A stretch of DNA of 64,000 bases from Gammaproteobacteria bacterium (GTDB taxonomy: Bacteria; Pseudomonadota; Gammaproteobacteria; Pseudomonadales; Oceanobacteraceae): contig JABXIK010000075.1 in the NCBI GenBank assembly GCA_013373125.1, positions 11,845 to 75,844 of the forward strand. Reading direction: 5' to 3'. The notes under the pieces were generated by a model, which saw only the letters and a program-made list of their open reading frames with translations, was not told the origin of the DNA and did not search any database. The translations under genes were made by a program, and so were the position numbers. Positions 1-11,197 of this stretch are shown here, in pieces; positions within the stretch are counted from its first letter, which is position 1, and each line of letters starts with the position of its first letter.

Positions 1-466
1 GCTGAGAATATTCAATATTTTGTAAGCTGGGTTGTTTTTCCAGCGGCCACTTCAGTGAGAGCTCGGTTCTTGTAGACTGGCTTTGAGTTGCAGTTAATTC
101 ATCATGTTGAAGTGAGTTGGCAAGCTCGGGGTTTTTATTGATTATTTGTAGAAGGGTGTTTGCTTTCTCAGCTGATAAGCCTAGAAAGCCCTCGACACCA
201 GAAAGGCTATTGAATTCTCTGAGGGCTAAAGTGATGCTGGTAAATACTAATAGCGCAAGAACAAAAGTTAGTCCTAGCTCTTTATAGCCTAAGTGGTGTC
301 TTAAAATATGGTCGTGTGATGACTCTAAGCGCTCAAGGCGTTTTTCCATATGGGTGACACGGTTACTGAGTCCTAGTAAGAATCTCGCGCTGCCTTTAGG
401 TTGGGATTTTAAGTTGATGGTTTTATTACTATCATCACTTTTTACGAGTCTAGGTTGCGATAACAT
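1..466 (-). CDS. Hypothetical membrane-anchored protein, 3' end runs off the window
   Basis: Manual translation from ATG at 466 is open to position 1 (MLSQPRLVKS...LGLTFVLALLVFTSITLAL...), with one hydrophobic segment; not in the supplied ORF track. Confidence 0.6.
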   Translation of the reverse strand, partial: MLSQPRLVKSDDSNKTINLKSQPKGSARFLLGLSNRVTHMEKRLERLESSHDHILRHHLGYKELGLTFVLALLVFTSITLALREFNSLSGVEGFLGLSAEKANTLLQIINKNPELANSLQHDELTATQSQSTRTELSLKWPLEKQPSLQNIEYSQ

Positions 467-608
467 AAGCTTGCTTCTGTAAAATGCTTTGAAGATGAAA
501 AGCATAATGTTTGCCAAGTTTTAAAAAGGCTCTATTTTCTAGGTTTGCGTAAGCTTATTCGTTAAATTGCGGCAAAAGATTTCCCTATTAGGCAATAAGG
601 GCAGAAAA

Positions 609-1067
609 ATGAAGGTTTTATTTGTTTGTCTTGGCAATATATGTCGATCACCTTCCGCTGAGGCGGTAATGCGGTCTCTAGTGGCAACTTCGAAATTGGA
701 TATGCAGATTGATAGTGCCGGCACTGCGGCCTATCACATAGGTAAAACACCAGATGAGCGCTCCCAAGCGGCTGCATTGGAGCGCGGCATTTCTATGCAG
801 GGGCAATTTGCTCGCCAAGTATCGCAAGATGATTTTTATGAGTTTGATTATATCTTTGCTATGGATCGCTCTAATTTGGCTGATCTAGAAAGTGTTAGGC
901 CTGCGAACGGGTCAGCTCAATTAAGATTATTTCTTAAAGAATATGGCAGTATGGGATACGAAGAAGTCCCTGACCCTTATTATGGTGGTCAAAAGGGGTT
1001 TGAACTGGTTTTGGATTTATTACAGGATGCGTGTCAGGCATTTCTAAGTGAGAAGTTGAAAGAATGA
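609..1067 (+). CDS. Low-molecular-weight protein-tyrosine phosphatase
   Basis: VCLGNICRSP P-loop and DPYYG motif; start moved to ATG 609 (MKVLFV). Confidence 0.95.
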   Translation: MKVLFVCLGNICRSPSAEAVMRSLVATSKLDMQIDSAGTAAYHIGKTPDERSQAAALERGISMQGQFARQVSQDDFYEFDYIFAMDRSNLADLESVRPANGSAQLRLFLKEYGSMGYEEVPDPYYGGQKGFELVLDLLQDACQAFLSEKLKE

Positions 1068-2071
1068 ATATACAGCAAAACGTTGCGTTAAAAACGTTCA
1101 ATACACTGGGTGTAAATGCCTTTGCTGAATATATGACTCAGGTAAGCAGTATCGATGCCCTCAAGGAAGTCATCGAATATGCAAGTGATTCCAATTTACC
1201 TATCAAGGTGTTAGGCGGTGGCAGTAATGTGGTGTTAGCAAATGAAGTTTCGGGCTTGGTATTGCAATACACAAATGACTCACTAGAAATGTTAAGTGAG
1301 GATGAAGAGTATGTTTTGGTTCGTGTAGGTGCGGGCTTGAACTGGCATGAATGGGTTATGAGTTCGCTCAGTAAAGGCTGGTTTGGTTTACAAAATCTAG
1401 CCTATATTCCAGGCTTAGTGGGTGCGGCGCCGGTACAAAATATTGGTGCTTACGGTGTAGAAGTAAAAAGTGTGATTCGTTTGGTTAGAGGCGTCATGCT
1501 GGATACAGGTGAGGAATTTGAGTTGAGCAATGAAGCTTGTCAATTTGCTTACCGTGAAAGCATTTTTAAGCATGAATTAAATGAAAAAGTATTAATTACA
1601 TCCGTGGATTTTAGACTGTCTAAAACCCCACAAGTGGATGTTAGTTATGCGCCTCTGGATCAAATGGCTAAAGAACAGGGAATGCCAACACCGCTCACTT
1701 TGGCAAATTGGGTGATCGAGGTGCGTAAAAGTAAATTGCCTTCACCGGATATTCTGCCCAATGCAGGGTCTTTCTTTAAAAACCCAGTCATTACCTTTCA
1801 GCAGTTTGATCGACTGTCCGAGCAGTTTGATCATGTGCCAAGTTACCCGCAAAAAGAGGGTGTTAAAGTGCCTGCAGGTTGGTTAATTGATCAAATGGGG
1901 TTTAAGGGTAAATCATTTGGTCCGGTGAGTGTACATAAGCAGCAAGCCTTGGTGCTAATTAATGAGGGTGGCAGTGGGGAAGATGTATTAGCTGCTGCGC
2001 AACAGATTAAGCAGGCTGTATTTGACAGGTACGGGATTGCTATAGAGCAAGAGCCAAGAATTTTTCAGTGA
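1064..2071 (+). CDS. murB: UDP-N-acetylenolpyruvoylglucosamine reductase
   Basis: LGGGSN, IPGLVGAAPVQNIGAYG, GSFFKNP and C-terminal EQEP motifs. Confidence 0.97.
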   Translation: MNIQQNVALKTFNTLGVNAFAEYMTQVSSIDALKEVIEYASDSNLPIKVLGGGSNVVLANEVSGLVLQYTNDSLEMLSEDEEYVLVRVGAGLNWHEWVMSSLSKGWFGLQNLAYIPGLVGAAPVQNIGAYGVEVKSVIRLVRGVMLDTGEEFELSNEACQFAYRESIFKHELNEKVLITSVDFRLSKTPQVDVSYAPLDQMAKEQGMPTPLTLANWVIEVRKSKLPSPDILPNAGSFFKNPVITFQQFDRLSEQFDHVPSYPQKEGVKVPAGWLIDQMGFKGKSFGPVSVHKQQALVLINEGGSGEDVLAAAQQIKQAVFDRYGIAIEQEPRIFQ

Positions 2072-2099
2072 CTCTCTTAAATCAAAGGTGAGGCGTAAT

Positions 2100-2126
2100 A
2101 AAAAAGGGACCCTTGGGTCCCTTTTA
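2100..2126. terminator. Bidirectional intrinsic terminator between murB and rne
   Basis: AAAAGGGACCC-TT-GGGTCCCTTTT between convergent genes. Confidence 0.85.
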
Positions 2127-2127
2127 T

Positions 2128-4632
2128 TTAAGAGTTTGACTCTTGCGTTTGCTGTGCTTCGCGTTCGCGAGCTTCAGCTTCTAAACGGCGACGTTTAACT
2201 TCCCTAGGGTCGTTGTAAGCGCGTTTAGGTGCAGAGTTAGTTGGCGCCTCTGCAGCTTCAGTCGCTGCTGTGGTTACTTTAGGCTCGGCAGGTGCGATAG
2301 GGGCAACTTCAGCTTCCACCTTCTTTTCAACAGGCTTGGCAGTTTCAACTTTAGCGATAGGTGCTTCCGTTTTAGGTGCTTCTACTGTATTTGCCGAGTC
2401 GTCCAGTTTAGCAGGCTGCTCTTGAGCTGCCTTATTTTCAGTTGTTTTTACTTCAGCTTGTTGCGCTTGAGTTTCAACTGCTTTTGGTTGTTCAGCTTTA
2501 ACAGGCGCGGCTTCTTTCGCTGATGTGTTTTCAGCGGCAGTGCTAGTTGCCTTGATGTTCTCTGGTTTAGCTTCGGCAACCGGTGTCTTGGTTACTTCTT
2601 TTTCTGTAGCGGCAGGCTTGGCAGCTACTTCTTCCACTTTACGAGCAACATTTTCATCCAGCTTGCTTGGCTGCTGATTGCGATTGCGACGACGTGCATT
2701 GCTTTGATTGCGATTATCATCGCGCTCGCTGCGGTTTTCGTTGCGTTCATTGCGGTTTTCGCTACGCTCGCGACGTGGGCGTTCGTTACGGCTTTCCGCT
2801 TGTTGCTTGTCATTGTTGCGCGTATTGCGAGTGTCTTTTTTGTTGTCGTTACGACGGTTGTTGTTGCGATTGTTTTGGCGTGGGTTGTTGTTGCGACCAT
2901 TGCCACTGGCATTGCGGTTACGGTTGTTGTTCTTGCCGTTACCTTTTTTGCCTTTTTGCGCAGGTTTTTCATCCGCTTCAAATAAGCTAGAAATAGCAGA
3001 AGCTAGTTTGCTGAATAGGCCTGGTTCTTTTGCTGCTTTAGGGGCAGGGGCGCGAGCAGAGGAAACCGCTTGTACGGCTGCCGATTCTTTTTTCGCTAGT
3101 GTGCTTTGTTCTACGGCTAATTCTTGCTCGTAGTTGATCTCAAAGCTCACTTGGTCAACTTGATTGTCGCCAGTGCGAACGCGAGAAACTTCAAAGTGTG
3201 GCGTGTGGAAGTTTGGATTCGGAATGATCAGAATCTGTGCTTCGTGGCGCTTCTCAATGGCCATAACATCGGCGCGTTTATCATTGGTTAAGAAGTAAGC
3301 CACTTCAAGTGGCACTTCTGCGCGAACTTGAGCTGTATTGTCTTTGCTGGCTTCTTCTTCGATTAAGCGTAAAAGAGAAAGGCTCAAAGAGCGCATATCA
3401 CGGATAAAGCCTGTGCCTACACAGCGAGGGCAAACATGACCGCTGGTTTCGCCAAGAGATGGGCGCAAACGCTGACGAGACATTTCTAATAGACCAAAGC
3501 GAGAAATGCGACCTACTTGAACGCGCGCGCGGTCAATTTCTAGTGCATCTTTAACGCGATTTTCCACTTCACGTTGATTCTTATTAGACATCATGTCGAT
3601 GAAGTCGATAACAATCAAACCGCCGATATCGCGAAGGCGTAATTGACGTGCAATCTCATCAGCCGCTTCAAGGTTTGTGTTCACGGCGGTGTCTTCGATG
3701 TCAGAGCCTTTCGTTGCACGAGAGGAGTTGATATCGATAGAAATCAAGGCTTCAGTGGTATCAATAACAATGGAGCCACCGGAAGGTAGTTTCACTTCAC
3801 GTTGGAATGCGGTTTCGATTTGCGCTTCGATTTGATAGCGGCTGAATAGCGGAGTGCTGTCTTCGTAAAGCTTAATTTTGTTTTCGTACTGCGGCATAAC
3901 GTGCTGTACGAAGCTGAGGGCTTCTTCAAATACTGCTTTGTCATCGATTAGCACTTCGCCAATGTCTTGGCGTAGGTAGTCGCGAATAGCACGAATAACC
4001 ACGTTGCTTTCTTGCAGTAGAAGGCAAGGAGCTTTACGGTTTTCGGAAGCGCCTTTGATGGAGTCCCAAAGAAGGCATAGGTAATCCAAATCCCATTGTA
4101 GGTCTTCAGCGGCACGACCAATACCTGCGGTGCGCACAATCACGCCCATGTTGTTAGGTACGGTAACGTCACGCATGGCGTCACGAATTTGGTTACGCTC
4201 ATCGCCTTCAATGCGGCGAGAAATACCACCAGCGCGCGCGTTATTTGGCATGAGTACCAAGTAGCGACCGGCAAGGCTGATCATAGTAGTCAAAGCTGCG
4301 CCTTTGTTGCCGCGCTCTTCCTTGTCTACTTGAACGATGACTTCTTGGCCTTCTTCGATGACATCTTTGATGTTCGGGCGACCAGAGGCATTGGACTTAA
4401 AATATTCGCGAGAGATTTCTTTTAGAGGAAGGAAACCATGACGTTCAGCGCCAAAGTCCACGAAAGCAGCTTCTAGGCTAGGCTCTATGCGGGTAATCTT
4501 ACCTTTATAGATGTTGGCTTTCTTTTGTTCTCGGGTTGTAGGTTCAATATCTAAATCGTACAGGCGTTGGCCATCAACTAGCGCAACACGCAACTCTTCT
4601 GATTGAGTTGCGTTAATTAGCATTCTTTTCAT
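2128..4632 (-). CDS. rne: Ribonuclease E
   Basis: [31 protein letters not shown]-terminus, catalytic domain, Arg/Asn-rich disordered tail, C-terminal RAYNDPRE motif. Confidence 0.99.
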   Translation of the reverse strand: MKRMLINATQSEELRVALVDGQRLYDLDIEPTTREQKKANIYKGKITRIEPSLEAAFVDFGAERHGFLPLKEISREYFKSNASGRPNIKDVIEEGQEVIVQVDKEERGNKGAALTTMISLAGRYLVLMPNNARAGGISRRIEGDERNQIRDAMRDVTVPNNMGVIVRTAGIGRAAEDLQWDLDYLCLLWDSIKGASENRKAPCLLLQESNVVIRAIRDYLRQDIGEVLIDDKAVFEEALSFVQHVMPQYENKIKLYEDSTPLFSRYQIEAQIETAFQREVKLPSGGSIVIDTTEALISIDINSSRATKGSDIEDTAVNTNLEAADEIARQLRLRDIGGLIVIDFIDMMSNKNQREVENRVKDALEIDRARVQVGRISRFGLLEMSRQRLRPSLGETSGHVCPRCVGTGFIRDMRSLSLSLLRLIEEEASKDNTAQVRAEVPLEVAYFLTNDKRADVMAIEKRHEAQILIIPNPNFHTPHFEVSRVRTGDNQVDQVSFEINYEQELAVEQSTLAKKESAAVQAVSSARAPAPKAAKEPGLFSKLASAISSLFEADEKPAQKGKKGNGKNNNRNRNASGNGRNNNPRQNNRNNNRRNDNKKDTRNTRNNDKQQAESRNERPRRERSENRNERNENRSERDDNRNQSNARRRNRNQQPSKLDENVARKVEEVAAKPAATEKEVTKTPVAEAKPENIKATSTAAENTSAKEAAPVKAEQPKAVETQAQQAEVKTTENKAAQEQPAKLDDSANTVEAPKTEAPIAKVETAKPVEKKVEAEVAPIAPAEPKVTTAATEAAEAPTNSAPKRAYNDPREVKRRRLEAEAREREAQQTQESNS

Positions 4633-4699
4633 TAACTTCTAGAGCTCATATTTATGTGGTTCTGATGGAACACAAGGGTTGAGCTAATCAAAATATTTA

Positions 4700-4840
4700 T
4701 GCGTGCTTTGCGTGGATTTCTATACCGACTCTGGATTGACTGCTTCCACGCAGGGGTGTCTAGCTCTATTTATCGTGAATTTGCTAACACCGACACGAAA
4801 CATAAGCTGATTTAGCAAGACCCCTTGCTTAATCAGAACG
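4700..4840 (-). promoter_or_regulatory. Structured rne 5' leader, probable autoregulatory UTR hairpins
   Basis: Inverted repeats TGCGTGGA/TCCACGCA (~4709-4752) and TGATTTAGCAAG/CTTGCTTAATCA (~4809-4836) upstream of rne; structured rne leaders are known in gammaproteobacteria. Confidence 0.5.
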
Positions 4841-5041
4841 TATCATTTTTCTTATTTAGCGGTGATTTTTACCGCTAAATGCCAAAATTCCGGGAAGTTT
4901 ATATCTAACATTCCCAAACTTACGTTATCATCCGGGCCCAATGTTGTATGGGGCGCTTTAGCCCTGGGTACGACCGGAATGGCTGAATATAGCAAAGATT
5001 GGCAAGGCGTCAAACCGGTTTTTCTTAACTACGAGTTTTAT

Positions 5042-5998
5042 ATGTCTGAAAATTCTAAACGTGGTGTCATTTTCGAGGAAGTCAGCCTAGATTATGCTGG
5101 CCAGCGCCTTGATAACTTTTTGATGTCGCGGATTAAGGGTGCGCCTAAGTCATTGATCTATAGGATCATTCGTAAAGGTGAGGTACGTGTGAATAAAGGC
5201 CGCACCAAGCCGGATTACAAGCTAAAAACAGGGGATTTGGTACGAATCCCGCCTGTTCGAGTCAAAGAAGAGAATAAAATTGAGAATGTCCCAGATCGGT
5301 TGGCTGCGGACATAGAGTCGGCCATTTTGTTTGAAGATGATTATCTAATTGCCGTAAACAAGCCTCGGGGTATGGCGGTTCACGGTGGTAGTGGTATCAG
5401 CTTGGGGCTGATTGAGGCTCTGCGAGTCATTCGTCCGGATATTAAGCGCTTGGAGTTGGTTCATCGCTTGGATCGAGATACCTCTGGCGTGATCTTGGTG
5501 GCTAAAAAGCGCTCGGTTTTGGTAGCGTTGCATGAAATGCTGCAAAAGAAATCCGGCATTCAAAAACGTTACTGGGCTTTGGTGTATGGTTCTTGGCCTA
5601 AGCACATGAAAGATGTAACAGCACCCTTAATAAAGAATGAATTGCAATCAGGTGAGCGCATTGTCAGGGTGTCTCAGCAAGGTAAGCCTTGTCATACCCG
5701 TTATTCTTTGGAGCGTCGCTTTGAAGGATATACCCTGGTAAATGCGGAGCCAGTAACAGGGCGAACCCATCAGATTCGCGTGCACTGTCAGTTTTCAGGC
5801 CATGCTATTGTGGGTGACGAGAAATATGCAACGGATGATGAGTTGAAGCAAGCACGTCAGCAAGGCGCGAGACGTCTATTTTTGCACGCAAAGTCATTAC
5901 GATTTGTGCATCCGCAAACGAAAGAAAACCTGTTGTTAGAGGCGCCCATTGATTCAGCATTTGATGCGTTTTTGAATGCTTTAGCGCCCATTAATTAA
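5042..5998 (+). CDS. rluC: 23S rRNA pseudouridine(955/2504/2580) synthase
   Basis: S4 domain (GQRLDNFL) and HRLDRDTSG catalytic motif; divergent from rne; start moved to ATG 5042. Confidence 0.95.
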   Translation: MSENSKRGVIFEEVSLDYAGQRLDNFLMSRIKGAPKSLIYRIIRKGEVRVNKGRTKPDYKLKTGDLVRIPPVRVKEENKIENVPDRLAADIESAILFEDDYLIAVNKPRGMAVHGGSGISLGLIEALRVIRPDIKRLELVHRLDRDTSGVILVAKKRSVLVALHEMLQKKSGIQKRYWALVYGSWPKHMKDVTAPLIKNELQSGERIVRVSQQGKPCHTRYSLERRFEGYTLVNAEPVTGRTHQIRVHCQFSGHAIVGDEKYATDDELKQARQQGARRLFLHAKSLRFVHPQTKENLLLEAPIDSAFDAFLNALAPIN

Positions 5999-6022
5999 TT
6001 GCAAACTGATATTGAAGATTGA

Positions 6023-6718
6023 ATGAAATATAAAGCGATAGTGTTTGATTGGGATGGAACCTTGGTTGACTCGGCTAGTCGTATCGTCGAATCCATGCAA
6101 TGCGCAGCGCAAGACCATGATTTGCCATTTCGAAATGAATTTGAAGTGAAGCAAATAATTGGCTTGGGTTTGCCTGAGGCCATTGCTACTTTGTGGCCGG
6201 AAATTGATAGTGAGCGAGCTTTGATTAAGTCAGTGGCAAAACAATATGGCGTGCATTATATGGCTGAGCAGCGTGCGGAAATGGTGTTGTTTGATTATGC
6301 CCATGAATTGTTTGAGGTGATTAGGAAAAGTGGTTTGAAGTTGGCGGTTGCCACTGGTAAGGGGCGTGAAGGGTTGAATCGCGCCCTTGAAGAATTTCAG
6401 CTTGGCCATATTTTTGATGACACTCGCTGCGCTGATGAAACCAAATCAAAGCCACACCCGCTAATGTTGCATGAATTATCGAAGTCTCTGGAAGTGGATG
6501 TGGAACATATGCTGATGGTGGGGGATACCCAGTTTGATTTGGATATGGCGCACAATGCAGGCATGGATTCCGTTGCTATTACTCATGGCGCCCATGCTGT
6601 TGATAAGTTGAAATTAAGTCAGCCTTTGCACATGGTAAATAGCCTTCAAGAGTTGGCAAATTGGCTTGAAAATCAAAAACAGAGTTCAAATACAGTATTA
6701 AACATTGAAGTTAATTAA
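6023..6718 (+). CDS. HAD-IA family hydrolase (phosphoglycolate phosphatase-like)
   Basis: FDWDGTL, KPHP and VGDT motifs; usual neighbour of rluC. Confidence 0.9.
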   Translation: MKYKAIVFDWDGTLVDSASRIVESMQCAAQDHDLPFRNEFEVKQIIGLGLPEAIATLWPEIDSERALIKSVAKQYGVHYMAEQRAEMVLFDYAHELFEVIRKSGLKLAVATGKGREGLNRALEEFQLGHIFDDTRCADETKSKPHPLMLHELSKSLEVDVEHMLMVGDTQFDLDMAHNAGMDSVAITHGAHAVDKLKLSQPLHMVNSLQELANWLENQKQSSNTVLNIEVN

Positions 6719-6726
6719 GGGTTGTT

Positions 6727-7698
6727 ATGTATCAAGATCCAGTGGAACGTCCGCAGTCAGATAAAGAATGGAAGCTCATCGAAAAGGTGGTGGGCAGCAT
6801 CAATGTGGAGCAAAGAAGAGCCCGTCGTTGGGGGATATTCTTTAAGTTAATGACATTCGCGTATCTTTTTATTGCGTTAGCGATTTTTGCGCCAAATAGT
6901 ATTGATACTAAAGATATGGGTGTGGACGGAGAGTTTACAGCCTTAGTTGAAGTAAAAGGTGTTATTGCAGATGGCGAAGAAGCTTCTGCCGATTTAATCG
7001 TGACGGGTTTGCGTAATGCCTTTGATGCCGAGGGCACAAAAGCGGTTGTGTTGCGCATAAACAGTCCAGGTGGCTCACCGGTTCAGTCTGGTTATGTGTA
7101 TGACGAAATTATGCGCTTACGCAGTTTGCATCCAGAAGTACCTGTGTATGCGGTTATTTCAGACTTAGGAGCCTCTGGAGCATATTACATTGCCGCTGCT
7201 GCCAATGAGATTTATGCCGATAAGGCCAGTTTGGTGGGCTCCATTGGGGTGGTGGGCTCGGGCTTTGGCTTTGTGGATGCTATGGATAAGTTGGGCGTTG
7301 AGCGCCGTCAGTTTACAGCGGGTGAGCACAAGGCGTTCCTAGATCCATTTACGCCCCTAAATAAAGAAGAAAAGGTGTTCTGGGAAGGGGTGTTGGCTAC
7401 GACTCATAAACAATTTATTGAGCAGGTGAAAAAGGGTCGAGGCGACAGATTGGCGCAAGATGCTAAGCTGTTCAGTGGTCTGGTTTGGACTGGTGAGCAG
7501 GCTCTGTCTCTGGGCTTGGTGGATGGTCTTGGGAGCTCCAGTTATGTGGCTCGCGAGCTGGTTGGGGCAGAGAAAATCGTGGATTTCACACCTCAGCCAA
7601 CCCCGTTTGAGGCCTTGGTTGGGCGTCTTGGCGCATCCATGGGCAAGTCAATTGCATCAGCATTTGGCGTGTCGGGCACCCCAATTAGTCTAAAATAG
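6727..7698 (+). CDS. sppA: S49 family signal peptide peptidase
   Basis: INSPGGSP, ASGAYYIA and GSIGV motifs; N-terminal TM segment. Confidence 0.9.
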   Translation: MYQDPVERPQSDKEWKLIEKVVGSINVEQRRARRWGIFFKLMTFAYLFIALAIFAPNSIDTKDMGVDGEFTALVEVKGVIADGEEASADLIVTGLRNAFDAEGTKAVVLRINSPGGSPVQSGYVYDEIMRLRSLHPEVPVYAVISDLGASGAYYIAAAANEIYADKASLVGSIGVVGSGFGFVDAMDKLGVERRQFTAGEHKAFLDPFTPLNKEEKVFWEGVLATTHKQFIEQVKKGRGDRLAQDAKLFSGLVWTGEQALSLGLVDGLGSSSYVARELVGAEKIVDFTPQPTPFEALVGRLGASMGKSIASAFGVSGTPISLK

Positions 7699-7757
7699 AG
7701 GTTTGTGCTTGATTTTACTTGAAAAATCGTCAAATAGTTTTGACATAATCTGACCTC

Positions 7758-8291
7758 ATGAGTACCATTGCGCGCACTATGAACCAGGGTTTATTTCCAG
7801 TACGAGTCGATCCGCTCAAAAGCGTGGAGCAAGAAGCTGAATTCAGCGGTTCCATTGCGGTCTCCAAGTTAGAGCGTTTACAGGACTTTCTACAGGATGA
7901 CAGTGGTGAAGCTCAAGTTGAGATTCAATTTGGGCACGATGAACAAGGCACTGCCTTGTTGCGTGGTAAGTGTCACGCCCATGTACGCATGACGTGTCAG
8001 CGCTGCATGAACCCGGTTGAAGTGGCATTAGCTACTGACTTTGAGCTCGGCATCGTTTTTAGCGATGAACAGGCTAAGCACCTGAATAAGCAATACGAAC
8101 CTGTTATTGCGGATTCAGAATCCTTGGAACTGTTACCCGTGATTGAAGATGAGTTGATTTTGAGTTTGCCTATGTATGCCTACCACGAAAAATGTGGTGA
8201 TCATGACCTAGTGCATACCCAAGAAGAACCACCGGTTGAAACAGAAGCGCCGAACAATCCGTTTAGTGTGCTTGAGCAATTAAAGAAATAG
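7758..8291 (+). CDS. yceD: YceD/DUF177 family ribosome-maturation protein
   Basis: CQRC motif, [16 protein letters not shown]-terminus; directly upstream of rpmF. Confidence 0.92.
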   Translation: MSTIARTMNQGLFPVRVDPLKSVEQEAEFSGSIAVSKLERLQDFLQDDSGEAQVEIQFGHDEQGTALLRGKCHAHVRMTCQRCMNPVEVALATDFELGIVFSDEQAKHLNKQYEPVIADSESLELLPVIEDELILSLPMYAYHEKCGDHDLVHTQEEPPVETEAPNNPFSVLEQLKK

Positions 8292-8304
8292 TAGGAGAGC
8301 CCGA

Positions 8305-8484
8305 ATGGCTGTTCAAAAGAGCAAAAAATCTCGTTCACGTCGCGGTATGCGCCGTTCTCACGATGCACTAACTACTCGTGCATTGTCTATCGATCCAACT
8401 TCAGGTGAAACTCACATCCGTCACCACGTGACTGCTGATGGTTTCTACCGCGGTCGTAAAGTTGTTGAAGTTCAAGACAACTAA
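8305..8484 (+). CDS. rpmF: 50S ribosomal protein L32
   Basis: Manual translation [23 protein letters not shown]...[15 protein letters not shown] (59 aa) with a GGAG RBS; below the ORF-track cutoff. Confidence 0.98.
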   Translation: MAVQKSKKSRSRRGMRRSHDALTTRALSIDPTSGETHIRHHVTADGFYRGRKVVEVQDN

Positions 8485-8486
8485 TT

Positions 8487-9485
8487 ATGGTCACCATTGC
8501 CATTGACGCAATGGGCGGGGATCACGGTCCCCGCGTGACTGTTCCCGCAGCGTTATCCTCTCTCGAAAAACATCCCGATTTATCTATTATCCTTTTTGGC
8601 AATCGCGCCAAGTTAGATCCTTATTTACACCAATCTACTGCTAGTTCTCGTTTGAAGATTGTTCATACCGATGAAGTAGTCAGTTGTGGTGAGCGCTCTT
8701 CTGCTGCATTACGTAAAAAGCAATCCTCCATGCGTTTGGCCATTGACGCGGTACGCAATGAAGAAGCGCAGGCTTTGGTGAGTGCAGGTAATACAGGTGC
8801 TTTGGTTGCCATTTCTCGGTATGTACTTAAAACCATTTTAGGTATTGATCGCCCTGCATTGATCGCTCGTTTGCCTCATATTTCTGGTTTTAGTTATATG
8901 CTGGATTTAGGTGCCAATGTGGAAAGCGATTCTGAAAACTTACACCAGTTTGCAGTGATGGGCAGTGCCTATGCGTCTGCAATTGGTGGGGTTAAAAATC
9001 CTAAGGTGGCGTTGTTAAATATTGGTAGCGAAGAAATCAAAGGTAATGAGGATATCCGTTTAGCCAATGCGTCGTTAAAAGAATCAGAAGCGCTTAACTA
9101 TGTGGGTTATGTAGAAGGGGATGACTTATACAAAGGCATTGCGGATGTTATTGTGACCAATGGCTTTGCGGGCAATATTGCATTAAAAACCAGTGAGGGT
9201 TTGCTTAAGTACATTGTGCAGGTGATTCGTGAAGCGTTTCAAAAGAATGTATTCACGCGATTGGTTGGCATGATTGCCGTTCCTATTTTAGATAGCTTGC
9301 GCTTGGCGTTTGAGCCGGACCTTAAAAGTGGCGGCGTGCTGCTGGGTGTTCAAGGAATTGTTGTGAAAAGCCATGGTAAATCTCAAGCTGCGGCCTTTTC
9401 AAGCGCCATCGATGGTGCGTATTTACTGGCGAAGAACAAATTATTACAACAAATAGCTGAAATGCTCGACAGTGAAATGTTATAA
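8487..9485 (+). CDS. plsX: Phosphate acyltransferase
   Basis: IAIDAMGGDHGP, SAGNTGAL, GNIALKTSEG and KSHG motifs. Confidence 0.97.
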   Translation: MVTIAIDAMGGDHGPRVTVPAALSSLEKHPDLSIILFGNRAKLDPYLHQSTASSRLKIVHTDEVVSCGERSSAALRKKQSSMRLAIDAVRNEEAQALVSAGNTGALVAISRYVLKTILGIDRPALIARLPHISGFSYMLDLGANVESDSENLHQFAVMGSAYASAIGGVKNPKVALLNIGSEEIKGNEDIRLANASLKESEALNYVGYVEGDDLYKGIADVIVTNGFAGNIALKTSEGLLKYIVQVIREAFQKNVFTRLVGMIAVPILDSLRLAFEPDLKSGGVLLGVQGIVVKSHGKSQAAAFSSAIDGAYLLAKNKLLQQIAEMLDSEML

Positions 9486-9540
9486 AACCCGTCTTAAATA
9501 AAAAATATTCTTCTCTTCTAAAAATAATGCCATTCAGGAA

Positions 9541-10461
9541 ATGAATATGTACAAGAACGCCGTCGTTTTCCCCGGACAAGGCTCTCAAAGTGTTGGTATG
9601 TTGGCCGACATTATCTCTGAATACTCAGTTGCAAAAGAAACCTTACAGCAAGCAGACGAGGTTTTAGGTTTTAAATTAAGTGATTTAATTTTAAATGGAC
9701 CAGCTGAAGAGCTTAATAGCACCAATAATACACAGCCTGCATTAGTTGCTGTGGAGGTTGCTACGTGGCGTGCACTGAATGGTGCGATTAAAGCGGATGT
9801 TATGGCGGGTCACAGTTTAGGTGAATACTCTGCTTTGGTATGTGCGGGTGCTTTGAGCTTTAAAGATGCGTTGTTATTGGTGCGTCGTCGTGGTGAGCTT
9901 ATGCAAAAAGCCGTGCCCAATGGTGTGGGTGCAATGGCTGCCATCCTGGGTATGGAAGACGAAAAAGTGGAAGCTGTGTGTCTTGATTGTGCACAAGGTC
10001 AAGTCGTGCAGGCGGCGAATTACAATAGCCCAGGCCAGTTAGTAATTGCTGGGAATAAAGAAGCCGTCGAGCGCGCAGTTGTAGCGTGTAAAGAAGCCGG
10101 TGCTAAGCGTGCCATGTTGTTGCCGGTAAGTGGGCCGTTCCATAGCGCATTAATGGAGCCGGCTGCCGTAGAATTTAAGTCGTACTTAGCTGACTTTGAA
10201 ATTAACAATCCAAGCATTCCTGTGCTGCAAAATGCCACTAACACATTCGAGCAAGATGCTCAGCAAATTCGTGAAAATCTCGTTAAGCAAATCGCAAGCC
10301 CGGTACGTTGGACGCAATCTGTATTACAGCTAGCTGACAACGGGGTGGAAAACCTGATAGAAGTAGGTCCAGGTAAGGTATTAACCGGTTTAAATAAACG
10401 AATTGCGAAACAGCTAAACAGTCAAACCGTGCATTCGGTGGAATCTCTACAAGCTGTTTAG
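9541..10461 (+). CDS. fabD: Malonyl-CoA:ACP transacylase
   Basis: FPGQGSQ, GHSLGEY and PVSGPFHS motifs. Confidence 0.98.
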   Translation: MNMYKNAVVFPGQGSQSVGMLADIISEYSVAKETLQQADEVLGFKLSDLILNGPAEELNSTNNTQPALVAVEVATWRALNGAIKADVMAGHSLGEYSALVCAGALSFKDALLLVRRRGELMQKAVPNGVGAMAAILGMEDEKVEAVCLDCAQGQVVQAANYNSPGQLVIAGNKEAVERAVVACKEAGAKRAMLLPVSGPFHSALMEPAAVEFKSYLADFEINNPSIPVLQNATNTFEQDAQQIRENLVKQIASPVRWTQSVLQLADNGVENLIEVGPGKVLTGLNKRIAKQLNSQTVHSVESLQAV

Positions 10462-10471
10462 GGGAATATAT

Positions 10472-11197
10472 ATGCAACAATCCATCGCCGTTGTAACAGG
10501 TGCTAGTCGAGGTATTGGTCAAGCCATTGCTCAAGCATTGGTGGAAGCGAATTATTTTGTGGTGGCCTCGGCCACGTCTGAGTCCGGTGTAGCCGCAATC
10601 CAAGAATATTTGGGTGAGAAAGGTACGGCTTTCGTACTGAACCTTGCAGACAAAGATAGTTGTGCGCAATTTACTGAGCAGGTAAACGCCCTGGGTGCTG
10701 TGTCTGTGTTGGTGAACAACGCAGGTATTACTAAAGATACTCTTATGTTGCGCATGAAGGACGAAGATTGGGATAGTGTAATTGAAACCAATCTGAGTGG
10801 AGCCTTCCGTCTGACTAAATCCTTCTTGAAGGGCATGATGAAGCAGCGTTGGGGTCGTATAGTTAATATCAGCTCTGTTGTGGGTGCCATGGGTAATCCA
10901 GGTCAAGCTAACTACTGTGCATCTAAGGCAGGTATTGAAGGGTTTACCCGTTCGCTGGCGTATGAGCTGGGTAGTCGTGGTATCACTGTGAATGCGGTTG
11001 CCCCTGGGTTTATCGCCACAGATATGACTCATGAGCTTACCGAAGATCAAAAGCAAGCCATGATGGCCAATATCCCGCTAGGACGTTATGGTGAAGCGGA
11101 TGAAATTGCCAAGGCTGTACGCTTCTTGGCGTCAGATGATGCTGCTTACATCACAGGGCAAGTATTGGGTGTGAATGGCGGCCTAAATATGGGATAA
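10472..11197 (+). CDS. fabG: 3-oxoacyl-ACP reductase
   Basis: TGASRGIG, NNAGIT and YCASK SDR motifs; fab operon context. Confidence 0.98.
   Translation: MQQSIAVVTGASRGIGQAIAQALVEANYFVVASATSESGVAAIQEYLGEKGTAFVLNLADKDSCAQFTEQVNALGAVSVLVNNAGITKDTLMLRMKDEDWDSVIETNLSGAFRLTKSFLKGMMKQRWGRIVNISSVVGAMGNPGQANYCASKAGIEGFTRSLAYELGSRGITVNAVAPGFIATDMTHELTEDQKQAMMANIPLGRYGEADEIAKAVRFLASDDAAYITGQVLGVNGGLNMG

Noticed and set aside
2625-3133. Several overlapping alternative-frame ORFs inside rne
   Set aside because: By-products of the low-complexity Arg/Asn-rich RNase E tail
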